A DNA stretch of 64,000 bases from Octopus sinensis. Its lineage: Eukaryota. The position numbers and the translations under genes were made by a program. Below, piece after piece: positions 1 through 14,990 of this stretch (positions within the stretch are counted from its first letter, which is position 1; the number at the start of each line of letters is the position of its first letter). The notes under the pieces were generated by a model. It worked only from the letters and a program-made list of their open reading frames with translations. It was not told the origin of the DNA and made no database searches. Where the stretch lies: assembly GCF_006345805.1 (NCBI RefSeq), contig NC_043004.1, forward strand, positions 97,650,001-97,714,000, read 5' to 3'.

Positions 1-110
1 CAAGATCATATGTTGCAATACTATAAAACAAAGAATTTGTGTCCTGTTTTCAACAGACTATAAATATTTATGAAATGCTACATATGCCTCTTGTCAGAAA
101 GGGTGGGTGT

Positions 111-111
<1 letters not shown>

Positions 112-192
<81 letters not shown>

Positions 193-282
193 GATGAGAG
201 AGAAAAGGAAAGAGAGAAGGACAGAGAGAGAGACAGAGACAGAGTAACAGAGAAAGACAGAGAAAGAGAGAAAGAGAAATAG
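112..282. repeat. (GA)n microsatellite with degenerate GA-rich tail
   Basis: Direct: long agagag run; explains ORF 70..282 (poly-ER). Confidence 0.95.
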
Positions 283-2308
283 AGAAAAACTTGTCAGTAA
301 TATGGAGGAAAATGATAATTATTGTTCAATTTGTTTCAAATAATAACAATACCAGCAGATGTCAATGGTTCTGAAAAATCTTTTGGAATAAAAGTCTTTG
401 AATAACAAGCATCTTGGTGAGGTATTTACAATAAAAACGAAATTAGAAGTCAAAGACTGAATGAATCAGAAGGAAAGCTTTAGTATCTGCAGGATGTGTA
501 ATATGAAAAGAATATATTACTCTCTCTATATAAATATATCTGATATCAGAAAATGTTGTAAATTTAACTGTCTTTAATATGAAGACAATTAGAAATAACA
601 GTGTTTAAAATGTCGATGATGTCTATATGTCACGCGAAAAGTTTGAATGTACGTGTGTGAATATGTTTGTGTGTGTATGTGTACATGCATGTGTATTTAT
701 CATCCTATGATCAATTTTGTGTCAGTGAAACTTGGCACAACAATATTTGGCATTCTTATGTCAGCGGTTATCTAATATAAGATGTATTGCCATAATTCTG
801 AACACATAACTTATTGATGTTTAAGCTATTGATAGCAGTTAAGTGAAAAATTACACATATCTAATTCAGAACTAATGAACAAATACCTCGCAACATGACT
901 GAGATAGGAATCAATAAATATTTAAGAATTTTCTGAGATAGAGGCAGCTAGCAAGCTAGCAACGAGAAATGTTATTGATATTATCACAGGAATTATATTA
1001 AAACTCTAAGTGGATGTACTGAAAATGGATATACTAAAAGTAATGTATACCATTTAGAGGAGATTTTTAAGCATGCATAATGGTTTTTTAGTTTTGGTTC
1101 ATTAAACTTAATAAGTTGCATATAGTATTCTGTGTACTTTGGTAGATTTGTATTACTGCATATAATTCTCATAAGCAAATAGAAACTCAACACTAAAATA
1201 TATGAATGAACAGCAAAAACTTTAACCTTGTTCAGTTCTTAGTGTGGGATGGTAAAAAGCATCTACACCAGACCTTCATACACAGGATGCATAAAAGTGT
1301 AACATCTCTTAAATAAGAAGAGATTGGTTGAAAACTACTGAAAGGAACACTTAAATTTGGAGGTTGTTATCTGGGATTGTCAATCTGCCAGTCTAATATC
1401 AATATTGCATAACCACTGCTTTCAGCTGATTGAGAACCTTGCTTCATCATTTGGGACACATCATTATCACTTCCTACTTGAAATTTTGCACCTTCCACTC
1501 ACTTGAAACCATCTTCTGGATATGTTATTTTGCAGCTTACACTCACTCAAAATTATATTCTGGATATGTTAGATGAAATCCACGTTAATCTTCATCAGAG
1601 TCTTTTAAGATTTCCACAGCTAATCAGATGTAAACAATCTACACCTTTGCTTTTTCTCTCCAGAATTATTCAGGTGCAGTTTTAAAAAATGCAGGGAAAA
1701 TACTCAAAATACATGAAATAGTGTCAACTTTGAAGCCAGTGTTTATGGACTGCCTAATTCTGTGGCTGTGACAAATTTTAATACTGAATGACCAATGTAG
1801 TTTTTTAAGTTTGACCAGATTTTGACTTGGGGCTTGCTAATTCCTAATGTGTCCAGAATTCGCCTAAGTGCTCTGACTGTTAATTACTTATAGAAAAAAG
1901 ATACAGATCAAGCAGGATGATATTAATAATATTGGGTAGTGTAGACACGAATCTGAGACAGAAGTGAATAAGAGACCTGCTGACAAGATTTGAATTATGT
2001 ACTTATTGATTTCTGTGTGAGTACTTTATCAATTGTACTACAGAATATATTTCAATTCATAATCAGAAATTAGGTATTATAAATTCTTTTTACCATTTAG
2101 ACCATCATTTGTTGCAGCTGTTGTTTGTGGAAACATAACCATCATTAAAACACATCAGTTCTGAAGTGTATCTAAAGTGAGTCTATCAGTATATCTGTTG
2201 CTCTATTTTGACTGAAATTTGAGCTTATTTCATCTGACATCACATTGTCTAATGATGTATTTAAAATGTCTAAAATATATCTTTTATAAATCAGTGACAT
2301 CCATTTAA

Positions 2309-2528
2309 TCCTTTATCCTACAGATTACTCTGTCAAATATAATGCTTATTTATTCTCATTGTTTTGAATTAAACATTCATTATCTCATCACTTCAAGATT
2401 TTGACTATTTGATTATTTATTTTTATAACAATATTGCAGAGTAGGTGTGAGAAGCCAGATCTGGTTTCTTTGAACAAGGAACAAGTAGAATATTTCGGTC
2501 AGATACGGTCAGTTTGAATGCTAAAGGG
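2309..2528. mobile_element. piggyBac-like MITE (~220 bp, TTAA-flanked)
   Basis: ttaa|tccttta ... ctaaaggg|ttaa; same family as 4754, 23687 and 50249. Confidence 0.7.
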
Positions 2529-2605
2529 TTAACAGAGCTTAATTGTTTCTTCTCTAACAAGTAAAGATCTGACATCTCTGCTACTATTTTCCAGTCATGC
2601 AGTCT

Positions 2606-3003
2606 CTCTTACTCTTTTACTTGTTTCAGTCATTTGACTGCGGCCATGCTGGAGCACCACCTTTAGTCGATCAAATTGACCCTGGGACTTATTCTTTGTA
2701 AGCCCAGTACTTATTCTATCGGTCTCTTTTGCTGAACCACTAAGTGATGGGGACGTAAACACACCAGCATCGGTTGTCAAGCAATGTTAGGGGGACAAAC
2801 ACAGACACACAAACATATACATATATATATACATATATATGACAGGCTTCTTTCAGTTTCCGTCTACCAAATCCACTCACAAGGCATTGGTCGGCCCGGG
2901 GCTATAGCAGAAGAAACTTGCCCAAGATGCCACGCAGTGGGACTGAACCCGCAACCATGTGGTTGGTTAGCAAGCTACTTACCACACAGCCACTCCTGCG
3001 CCT
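2606..3003 (-). mobile_element. tRNA-derived SINE, family A, full length
   Basis: Minus strand: GGCGCAGGAGTGGCTGTGTGG head, B-box-like GGTTCAGTCCC, internal (TA/TG)n, AAAAGAGT tail; more than 10 copies in the window. Confidence 0.9.
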
Positions 3004-3289
3004 ATATGAATTTTAGTCTATGATGAATTTCAGATTTGTTTCAAAACAGTCCCTACAAACTCCTTTCTTTTCAAGATGCACAAATGCAGGGAAAATACTC
3101 AAAACGGCACATAAAATAGGGACCATCTATGAGTCAACATTTATGAACTGGCTAATTCTGCAGTGTGCCTCTTTCTGTTTCTTCTGTCTACAAATTGAGA
3201 AATCATTTGTTGCTGTTCTTTCCTAAATTGGCACTTTGGGCAGACCTATAACAGTTACTCGCAATTAGACAAATACACCAAATATCATC

Positions 3290-3490
3290 ATCATCGTTGA
3301 ACGTCTGCTTTCCATGCTAGCATGGGTTGGACGGTTCAACATGGGTCTGGGAAGCCAGAAGGCTGCATCAGGCCCAGTCTGATCTGGCAGTATTTCTACG
3401 GATGGATGCCCTTCCTAACGCCAACCACTCCGAGAGTGTAGTGGGTGATTTTATGTGCCACCGACACAGGTGCCAGACGAGGCTGGCGAC
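3290..3490 (+). mobile_element. Interspersed repeat family C (GGATGCCCTTCCTAACGCCAACCAC core; SINE or non-autonomous LINE derivative)
   Basis: Shared core with 5930-6260, 18858-19252 and 44935-45290; (CAT)n end. Confidence 0.75.
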
Positions 3491-3828
3491 TCTGTGTGTG
3501 TGTGTGCATGCATGTGTGTATGTATATGCATGTGTGTATGTATATGCATGTGTGTATGTATTGTTTTCAGATTTCATAATACAGATACCTTTACCTTTTA
3601 TATGATAGTAGGATATACAGTGATGGAAATTCAGCTGCTGTTTCTAGCAGGTTGAACCGCTGTATAAAACCTTCTTCATGGCGCAGGTTCTTTTGTTGAT
3701 AATATTTGCTATGAAGGATTTCCCCATGTTTGCCTGTAATTCTTTATGCTTCCCATCTAATATACTCTGCAAATGTACAAACTGAGAACCCTATATTTCA
3801 ACACATTAGCCAATAATTAAGGGATAAA

Positions 3829-4078
3829 ACTCTTTTACTTGTTTCAGTTATTTTGACTGCCGCCAAGGTGGAGCACCACCTTTAGTCAAACAAATCAACC
3901 CCAGGACATTCTTTATAAACCAAGTACTTATTCTATCAGTCTCTTTTCCAAACCTCTATGCTAAAATGACGTGAACACACCAACATCGGTTGTGAAGTGA
4001 TGATGGGGGGACAATCAGAGACACACAAACACATACATACATAATATATATATATAATAAATATATATATATATATAA

Positions 4079-4109
<31 letters not shown>

Positions 4110-4284
4110 AATATATATATATACACATATATATATAAATATATATATATACACATATATATATGAATATATATATATACATATATATATATGAATATAT
4201 ATACATATATATATATATAATATATATATACATATATATATATATATATTACATATATATATATATAAATATATATATATAAAT

Positions 4285-4329
<45 letters not shown>

Positions 4330-4528
4330 TATAAAATATTATTAGAGACATATATATATATATATATACGACAGGCTTCTTTCAGTTTCTGTGCACTAAA
4401 TCCACTCGCAAGGCTTTGGTCACCCCAAGGCTATAGTAGAACACACTTGCCCAAGGTGCCATGCAGTGGGACTGAACCTGGAACCATGTGGTTGGGAAGC
4501 TAGCTTCTTACCACACAACCACACCTGC
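3829..4528 (-). mobile_element. SINE family A with ~330-bp expanded internal (TA)n
   Basis: Tail at 3829-4030, (TA)n at about 4040-4367, head at 4368-4528. Confidence 0.85.
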
Positions 4529-4753
4529 TTATCATTTCAATAAATTTAATAATCATAATAATTAACTGCCAGTACTTGGCCACTGGTTTAGGATTTACTT
4601 TAAAATTCACTTAAATGGGTCCCTAAAGTGAAGCATTCTGTAGATATTTATTTCCCAATTTCTCACAATTGTATATTGTGCTTTATTCACAACAAAGTAA
4701 GTAGATCAGGTAATTTTTCCTTGCTTACATAAATGGTCAGCTTTGTTTTTTAA

Positions 4754-4976
4754 CCCTTTAGTGCTCGCATTATTCTACCAAAATTAATGCTTCTTCATCT
4801 ACATTGTTTTGAATTAATCATGCATTATCTTTTGTTAGCGATGAGATTTTGATGAGGTAGCTGTTAATTTTTTAAACAATATTGTAGGGTTGGTGTGAGA
4901 GACCAGATAGAGCTAGTTTGAACATAAAAAAAAGGTAGAATATTTTTGGCCAGATATGGCCGGTTTAAATGCTAAA
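4754..4976. mobile_element. piggyBac-like MITE, right end damaged
   Basis: ttaa|cccttta start; ends ...aaatgctaaa without ggg-ttaa. Confidence 0.65.
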
Positions 4977-5929
4977 CAATACTCTTAAACAGTTGGGTTC
5001 TCCCTACAGCTCACTAAACACACAGCCATGAAATGCAAGCAGCTTATATTGTATTTTTGTAAGACTGCTTGAGCAAATAGAGTTCTGTGCTATATGCAGA
5101 GACAAAAGACAAAATTTATTGTAAAGATTTGAACTTAAGAGTATGTGGATAGCAAAAATCTTGAACACAGAAACGGTGTACCTCATATATTTATTACAAA
5201 TATAGTGTAATGTCCATTGATAGGACATGAATCATCAACCCTTTAGCCAAAGTCCAGCATCTTATCGACTCAACCAGCCATTCCATGATAACAGTACAAT
5301 AGTTTATTGATTATTCATTAGACTATTCTATTGATTAATGATGAAGAAATATTTTTCATTGGGTGTTGATGAGGTAAATGATTGATTATCTAGTTTACAA
5401 TACATATTTCAGTGTGTCTGTTGAAATAGTTTATTGATTATTCAACTCAGGAGATCATTTAGTTGGAAAGTAATATTAAAATAAATTTAATATATGGTAA
5501 CATATTCAGATATGCTGACAAGAAATTCTGAGTTAGAACCAGAATTTCCAGAGGGAGAGATACAACATAATGCCAGTATAAAAAGGAAGCAAAAGAAAAT
5601 TATAAAATAGCTAACATAAAACTAAAAACTGTAAAAGTAAATTGGAAAATATATTGTAGTTTATATTGACAAAAATGATACAGGGAAGTTCATGATTGTG
5701 AATAAGTATTCACAATGATAAGAGTATAATGAATGCTGTTCAAAACAGTGGATTAGCAAAATTGTTAATGCATTGGACAGGATGTTTTGCACTAATTGTT
5801 TGGGTCTCTTCATTCCCATGGCAAATCCTTGACATCGACCAGTATTAAATTTACTCTGCAGTAATCCCTCACCATATCACAGTTTACTTATCACGGTTCA
5901 CCTATCGTAGTTTATTATTTAAACTTATG

Positions 5930-6260
5930 TGGCCGATGCCAGCGCCGCCTTGGCTGGCTTCCATGCTGTAGGCACGTTAAAAGCACCAACCGATCGTGGC
6001 CGATGCCAGACCCCCCCCCCGGCACCTGTGCAGGTGGCACGTAAAAAGCACCAACCAATCGTGACCGATGCCAGACCCCCCCCTGGCACCCATGCAGGTG
6101 GCACGTAAAAAGCACCCACTACACTCGCAGAGTGGTTGGCGTTAGGAAGGGCATCCAGCTGTAGAAACACTGCCAGATCAGACTGGAGCCTGGTGAAGCC
6201 CAGGCTTCCCAGACCCCGATCGAACCGTCCAACCCATGCTAGCGCAGATGATGATGATGA
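5930..6260 (-). mobile_element. Repeat family C with internal GGTGGCACGTAAAAAGCACC sub-repeats
   Basis: Core motif plus 3-4 tandem sub-repeats; (GAT)n end. Confidence 0.8.
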
Positions 6261-6757
6261 TGTCAATTCCTCTGTGGTGTTGTTTTGCATTTATAAGAAA
6301 ATAAATAGATACACCTAGCATGAGGGGTGAGTTGGAACATAACACCCCCGATAGTTGAGAGATTATTGTACTGTGCTTCTCCTTGAAACATATTGGTGGT
6401 ATGGAGAGATGAGACTTGCATCCTTGGGCAAATGCTAGTCTTCAGTGTTAAAACCTCACCCAGGGATGTAACTTGGTGAGGAACTTTTTATTTGCAGGTC
6501 CTTTCCCTCATTTGACATTTCTGTGTTTTATCTCTTCTATGTGATATGAAGGATATCGGATAATTCTAAAATGACATTTTTCTGAGATGCTGAAGCAAGA
6601 ATTTAGATTTTGATATAAATTTGTCTCAGAGGAAACTGAATAATTTTTAAAATTTGCTTAACTGTGATGTTACCGATTTCTAATGTTTGTTTTAATGGTG
6701 TTTTAATGGGCTTCTACTTAGCTCCATTTTTATGATATTTAGAAGATACTAGTCCTT

Positions 6758-6824
6758 AATAATAATAATAATGATAATAATGATAACCATAATAATTATA
6801 ATAATAGCAGTAGTAGTAGTAGTG

Positions 6825-6881
<57 letters not shown>

Positions 6882-6932
6882 ACAATAATAATAATGATAA
6901 TAATGATAATAATGATGATGATGATGATGATG
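6758..6932. repeat. Compound (AAT)n(AGT)n(GAT)n microsatellite
   Basis: Direct. Confidence 0.95.
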
Positions 6933-8347
6933 GTGCAAATATGGATAAAGGATAATGCTTTGGATTATATTGATAGATGGAATTCAAAAGTGCTGTATAG
7001 ATTATCTCATTTACATATAATATCAAATGTGCAATATCTCATTTAGCTCTCTGAACTAACTAAGACATCATCAAAGAACTTATATATCTCTAGTAAGATT
7101 ATTACACAATGCAAAAGAAGCCTAATGACGTCAATCTCAAAACCTACAGAATTGCCCACATTCTATTTCAACTTTACTAATGTTTTTAAAACAATAAAAT
7201 ATCAGGGATTGTTACGTCTAATTTTTTTGACAAGGATTAACAAACAAGCTAAGTTCTTTTTTTCTCACCTTCAGCAAAGTTTTCATTAAAGTTTCTTGGT
7301 TGATATATTAACACCAACATTATAGTTTGGTTTCTGAGCAGAACATATATGTGAGTATATTTTCTCTAGTGTTTATTTTATTTATAATAGATAGACACCC
7401 ACCTCAAGTAAAAAGAAGAATTAGATTTATATATAATTTACTTAATGCCTCAAATTCATTGTTAACTATTGGCCATTATGAATCTAGAGTTTCTTTGGAT
7501 GACATAATGACATCATCTGGTCATTGAACTGTTTGGGAACCTTTGTCCACTTGAGCAACATGACGTTAGCATAAACACATCAATATTCAAGTAGTTTGCT
7601 TACAAACTCATGGTGCATCTCACACTCACATATATATACATACATATTTATATATACACACATGCACACATATATATATACACATATATATATAACTATA
7701 CAGACATGTATATATGTGTTTATATATACACACACGCATATATGCCTGTACAAAAGTATATATATATATATATAACTATACAGACATGTATATATGTGTT
7801 TATATATACACATACACATATATGCCTGTACAAAAGTATATATATATATATATATATATATGTGTACATATATATGCATGTATATATGTATGAATGTATG
7901 CATGAATGTATGTATGTGTACGTGCTGCTGTGTATGCATGCAGACACACACACACACACACACACACACATTTATATATGATGTATTGAATCTATAATCA
8001 CAGATGTAATATACAAATGTTTGTCAAAAGTTTTAAAATACTTCACTGAGAATTGCTGTCTTGCAATACAATATATTGCAGAGTTAGAAAACTAATATCA
8101 GTTGAAAAATTGGTTAAAAAATGTTAGTTTTACACACTGGGGAATGGACATATTAGAGATGAAGAAATAAACTGACGGGAAAGAAATATAAAAAATAAAC
8201 AAATGATTGATCCTGTTCTTTCTATTATCATTCACCAAAATCACTGTTCTAAGACATTGAGTGAATATATAGAGAAAGAACATACCTACATACACAAACA
8301 CGTTTATGTAATATATACATACATACATATATATATATGTATGTATG

Positions 8348-8401
<54 letters not shown>

Positions 8402-8797
8402 ATATGTATGTATATATATACACACACACATGTATAAACAGAGAGAGAGAGGGAGGTAAATAGATAGATAGATAAATAGAGAAGTATATAGGTAGATAGA
8501 CATGTGTGTATAAATAACAACACAGGTATATATAAATACATATATAAACATTAATACATACACACATAAACATCTGTAACTCTATGGGTATGCATGTATG
8601 TGTGTGACAAAAGAAAGAAAGTTGAGCTGAGAGCTGTAAAGTCATGGGCACAGGCCAATATATATATACATACATACATATATATCTATATATACGCACA
8701 CACACACAGACCTCTTATTTTCAATAGATCTATTCTTACCTGAAAAAAAGACAATAACAGAAAAAAAACAAATAAATAAAGACAAAATGATTTCAGC

Positions 8798-8836
<39 letters not shown>

Positions 8837-9249
8837 TATATATACATACATACATATATTAATGTAATCACTCATTGAATGCTTTTGCTGAAAAGACTCA
8901 CAGATTATCCCATCCAAATTCTTAAAGCTGTGGCAAGTTTGCAATTTTCTGCTTTGTTCATCATGATGAATAACTGACAAGTTATTGCAGTGGAAGAGAG
9001 AGATTTGATAGAGCAGCAAAATAATAACAATGTAAATGATGATGAGGATGATGATGATGATTTTAATGACAGAACACAACAAAAATTGTAATAAGAATCC
9101 ATAAGAACTACACCAACAATAGATACCATAGATATATATTTATACACACATATATATTTATAAATATATATACATATTCACACACACACACACATATAGA
9201 TATATATACATAATCACACACACATATATATATATATGCAATATATTGC

Positions 9250-9635
9250 AGAGGAGGTCCAAAATTCCATTTTAAAGACCAACTCATATGGACCCTAGCT
9301 CAAACTAACATCCAGCCATCCTGGGAACAGATTGCCAAGAATTTTGCCCAGTGTGCTATGGCAAAGACATGCTGGAGGATTTCTATCCACAATAGAGCCA
9401 ACTCCTCTCAGCAGAACAGACAACAGAATAAGGAGGTAAAATGCAGGAAAAGAAAGGAATTTTTTTCAACATCCTCAACCTGAACCAACAAATTCTGTGT
9501 ACAACTTCTGCCCATGACACTTTCACCACTGACTAGGACTTCAAAGTCACTTTCAACTCAAACATCAGCTGAGGAGACTGGAAAGAAACTGATGAACCCG
9601 AGGCTTGGATACGAGCTGGAGCCAACGGCAATGAT
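9250..9635 (+). mobile_element. RTE-clade LINE 3' fragment (degenerate)
   Basis: Translates RGGPKFHFKDQLIWTLAQTNIQPSWEQIA...CWR, followed by a degenerate C..GLQSH zinc-finger-like tail typical of RTE C-termini. Confidence 0.7.
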
Positions 9636-10291
9636 GCACACATACATACATACATATATGCATATATATATACATATATATATACACACGCATATATCCA
9701 TATATATGTATATATGTGAGTATATAGAAACGTGTGTATATGTGTGTGCGTGTGCATGTGTGCATGTGTGTGTGTGTATTTATGTATATGTATGCATGCT
9801 TGTATATATATATTTAAATTTAAAATCTCAGATTACAGAGAAAGAACAACAAAGATAACTAATAAAAAAAATAATCATAATAATGATGATGATGGTGATG
9901 ATAATAATAATAATGATAATAATAATAATAACCATGTCAATTCTCATGTTCATTTGACATGTGTATTGCTTGCGATCACAATATAGTGGCGAAAGAATTT
10001 GACAAGATCAGTAAATATAAAGACTTGTAAATATAAATTGAAAAAATGTAGCATCTACAGTACCAGTGATTGTAGGATCTCTAGGAATGATAAAAACAGA
10101 TACTGAAACCTATTTGAAAATGATACCAGGCTTACCATTCTCTAGAACAATGCAATGTGCAAAACCAAATATATGATACCCTAGGCATAACACCAACACG
10201 AACTTCTAACTTGTCTCTTGAGGTGTCTGGATAAGATTTGGAGCCAACTTGTACAAATACAAAGCAAAAATCAAACAATAATCCTTTCTAC

Positions 10292-10890
10292 TATAGGCAC
10301 AAGGCCTGAAATTTTGGGGGTGGAGACTAGTTGATTACATCGAACCCAGTGTTTCGCTGGTACTTGATTTATCGACCCTGACAGGATGAAGGGCAAAGTT
10401 GACCTCGGTGGAAATTGAACTCAAAACATAGCGGCAAATGAAACACCTATTTCTTTACTACTCACAAGGGGCTAAATACAGAGGGGACAAACGGATTAAG
10501 TCGATTACATCGACCCCAGTGCGTAACAGGTGCTTATTTAATCGACCCCAAAAAGATGAAAGGCAAAGTCAACCACGGCGGAATTTGAACTCAGAACGTA
10601 GCGGCAGATGAAATACCGCAAAGCATTTTGCCTGGCACGCTAATGGTTCTGCCATCTCACCGAATAGCAATAATGATAATGGTTTGAGTTTTTGGCACAA
10701 CGCCAGCAAATTCGATGGGTTGGGATAGTAAAGTCGATAACATTCACCCCAGTACTCAACTGGTACTTATTTTAATTGACCCCGAAAGAATGAAATGTAA
10801 AGTCGGCTTTGGCAGAATTTGAACTCAGAACATAAAGACAGACAAAATGCTGTTAAGCATTGCACCTAGTGTTAACGATTCTGCCAGCTC
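10292..10890 (-). mobile_element. Cluster of three SINE family B copies, same orientation
   Basis: Repeated ATCGACCCCGAAAGGATGAAAGGCAAAGTCGACCTCGGCGGAATTTGAACTCAGAAC-like motif at about 10370, 10540 and 10780. Confidence 0.85.
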
Positions 10891-12533
10891 ACAACAATAC
10901 TTTTTTTATTTCAGCACAAGGCCAGCAATGTTTGTGGGAGGTGTGTTGTCAACTTCTTTTCCCCAATTCTGGACTGATACTTATTTTATCGATTTGGAAA
11001 GGATGAAAGGTAAATACCAAAAACACGCGCATAATAAAGAACAGATAGAAAATGACTATCAATCATAATGAAGAGTAGTAGTAGTAGTAGTAGTAGTAGC
11101 AGCGGCGGCAGCAGTAGTGCTGATGGTGGTGGTAACATAATCACAGAGTTTGTGAATGCAGTCCATCATTCAATTGTGCTTGCCAAGTGAGGCGTGACGG
11201 AAAGAAATATAGCAACGACTATGACTTCGGCAACTACTACAACAGCAGCAAAAACAACACTAATCTCAACAACAAAAACAGCGGCAAACACAACCAATGT
11301 TTTCAACAATACAAGGAGGTGAAAGGCAATTGAGTGATGTGCATGGGTGAAGAGGATGCTGGTGTAGCCTTGGCCATCCGTTGATGGTAAAGGGATGAAT
11401 GGTATCAAGTGTGTTATACAAGAGTGTTTTTTGGTAATGGTAGTTGTACTATTTGTTTGCTAGAACAAGGAGATATGGTGGGTCTAAAATTGATTGATTT
11501 TACATGAATATCAATCACTATTACAAAATTTGGAAAAGTTAAACAGAAATGTTCAAAAATAAAATTACAACGTATTCCCTTCCACCCCTTTCCCTTAAAT
11601 CCCCATGCCATCTGTCTCATCACCCATCAACCCTTGGCTTAGGAATTGGGGCAAACATTTTTTTAGGGATGAGGGGAAGGTAGTGTAAGGTGTGTGGGAA
11701 AATATATAATATATAAAGACGAGAAAATATTTTGGAAACATTTTTTTCAAAGAGCGAATTTGAGGAGGAAAAAAAAACAAGCAAAAAAAAAAAATTTCCA
11801 GATTAAAATCAATAAATATAAAGACAGAAATGATATTGGTGTTGATGATGATGTGATTAATGATGGTGATGATGACAATGTCGATGATGAAATAGAGGGA
11901 GAGGATGATTTGAGTTGTATTTAGCTGTTATTTAGCAAAGGTCGATCACACATATAAAAGATATTTCATCAATGAATGATGGTGGTTGTTATTTGAATGA
12001 ACAAATTAGAGACAAATCTACCTGATTGATACATTACCACTCCAAGTTTCATGTTATTATTACACTCCTCCCCTTCCAATAAACGAATGCATAAATTCTT
12101 ACATGAAAGCATGTAAGAGTTGGCAACAGGAAGAGCACTTGTATGTAAAATCTTGCTTCAAATAATTTTCAATCCAGCCATATACTAATACAAAAAAAGA
12201 AACAGATGTTAAACGCAGGAATAGACATATATAAAATTATCTATATGACCAGGAGAACCAGATCATTATAAAGGAGTTTAATACTAGCTGTCCATGAAAA
12301 GTTTTGGATCTCAAGAAGAAATTTTTTTTTCTCTCTGGGGCAGGGGTAGGAGGATGGCAATTAGAATATCACTTCCATTAGTTGCAAAGCAAAGTTGTTC
12401 AACGTTCCTCCTTGCCTTATCATGGAAAATGTTCTCATGTCAATACACACTTTCAAAGTGATATTCAATACTCATGTTTAATTTATGCAGCAGTTGAGCA
12501 ATATCTACTAATTCACTTTGAGTAATTATACAT

Positions 12534-12934
12534 GCACAAGAGTGGCTGTGTGGTAAGTAGCTTGCTTACCAACCACATGGTTCCGGGTTCAGTCCCACTG
12601 TGTGGCACCTTGGACAAGTGTCTTCTACTATAGCCTTAGGCCGACAAAAAAGTTTTGTGAGTGGATTTGGTAGACGAAAACTGAAAGAAGCCCGTCATAT
12701 ATATGTATATATATATATATATGTGTGTGTGTGTCTGTGTTTTTCCCCCCTCCAACATCGTTTGACAACTGATGCTGGTGTGTTTACATCCCCGTAACTT
12801 GGCAGTTCGGCAAAAGAGACCAATAGAATAAGTACTTGGCTTACAAAGAATAAGTCCCTGGGTCGATTTCCTCAACTAAAGGCGGTGCTCCAGCATGGCC
12901 GCAGTTAAATGACTGAAACAAGTAAGTAAAGAGT
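12534..12934 (+). mobile_element. SINE family A, full length
   Basis: Head, internal (TA/TG)n and tail all present. Confidence 0.9.
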
Positions 12935-14413
12935 ATGCAAAAGAATTGTTGATTTTAAAACTTTTCTCACAATAATTCTCTTATAAGATTTGTCTTTATT
13001 TTTTCTCCAATGACACAGTGCTCGAATTTCAGTTTAATTTAATATGTTTGTGATTTGTCTATTTGTACACTTGTTGTTATTTTCACTGATCCTCAGAGTA
13101 AAGGGGTTTAATTGCTAACATTTTTACAATGCTCCTCAGAGGAAGGTGTCGATTACATTAACTCCTGTGCACAGCAGGTACTATAGTGTACTGACCCTTG
13201 GTGAAATTTGAATTCAATACATGAATATCACAAAACATCTTGAAATGATAAAAATATATGTATAATAAAAGCCAATTAGTTTTTCTTTCTACTTTAGGTA
13301 TTGAAGCACACGTCTACATTTTGAAACCAAACTAAGAACCTTACAATCAGGCAGCCATACAACAGTACCCTTTTTCCTCTTAACTGCTGGTAGGAACACT
13401 ATATTTCATTTTGCAACCAAGTATATTAAACATTCATAAGTCAATAACACTGTCCTACTTTGTGTTAGCAGTGCATTATTTTCCTTTTTAAGAGTATCTC
13501 TAAAGACTTCTATGATCTCCAGCATTCAGGAACATGCAAATAATAAGCCTATTCGCACAAGTCACTTTCACCTACACCTTTCAACATTAGCCAATGTGAG
13601 AGTCCTGACCTACCAGAATTAGTGGCCAATTCTACATCAAATCAAACCTCACTTTCTTAAGAAATGAACATGTCAAAATATGTGGTTTTTAGTTCCTTAC
13701 TCATAAGTAAAATCAGGAATCAAATAGTCACTACAAGAATGCATATAGTCATTGGCCTGCTGAACAATAATAAAAATATACAGCAAAAATACTAGAGTGT
13801 GTCTCTTCCTTCTCAACCCTCGCTTTCTCCACAAGTGGCACTTGCAGAAATTGAAGTAAGATTTGCTGAATAAGACAGTAACTGTCCTCAATAATAACAT
13901 GAACAATAATACTAATAACAATAATATTTCTATTATTGCTGTTGCTGCAGATGATGATGATGTTGATGATAATAATGATGAAGTTATTTTTTTTTATAAC
14001 AGCATGATGCCTGGTCTATTAAATGGAAGGAAGCTGAAGTTTGGATGTTTATGCCTGTTCCAAGTGCATGTGCAATGTCAGGCAAAAATATAGTAGCTTT
14101 AATTGAGTAGAAGATTAGGGTCAGGGACTTGTTTTGCTAAGAGCACTTAGAGATAAACTACACTGAGGGTGATAATAATAATAACTGTGACAATAGGGAA
14201 AACAAAACAAAATGTTTTTACAAGAAAAATAAAAATTCCATGCCAAACAGATAATGATACAAAAATATAAATAAAAGAAAAACATATATATACTGACAGG
14301 AATTTTATCTTTGGAGAGACAGGAGATGCACTGTTCACCTGTTCTCGTAAATGAGGGGGAAAATTAGAGTGTACATGTACGACTAAATGTATGTGTCTGC
14401 ATGTATGTTTATA

Positions 14414-14470
<57 letters not shown>

Positions 14471-14473
14471 GTA

Positions 14474-14504
<31 letters not shown>

Positions 14505-14507
<3 letters not shown>

Positions 14508-14706
14508 CATTTGTGTGTGTATAGAAGAATGGGAAAAAAGGGGAGAATTAAATGCAAATATATATGTGTATATATACTCACACAATATTCATGTAAATCA
14601 CGACATGGAGAAATGGATTTTTAACCGATAGTCATGGAGTGTTAGTGATGATGTTTGTGATTGAAGGAAAGTGAGTGTGTCTACATGCATAAACACACAC
14701 ATACAT

Positions 14707-14760
<54 letters not shown>

Positions 14761-14955
14761 TTGTGTGTGTATAGAAGAATGGGAAAAAAGGGGAGAATTA
14801 AATGCAAATATATATGTGTATATATACTCACACAATATTCATGTAAATCACGACATGGAGAAATGGATTTTTAACCGATAGTCATGGAGTGTTAGTGATG
14901 ATGTTTGTGATTGAAGGAAGTGAGTGTGTCTACATGCATAAACACACACATACAT

Positions 14956-14989
<34 letters not shown>

Positions 14990-14990
14990 T
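14505..14990. repeat. Near-identical ~250-bp tandem duplication bounded by (TA)n
   Basis: atacatttgtgtgtgtatagaagaatggg... at about 14505 and 14756. Confidence 0.9.
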
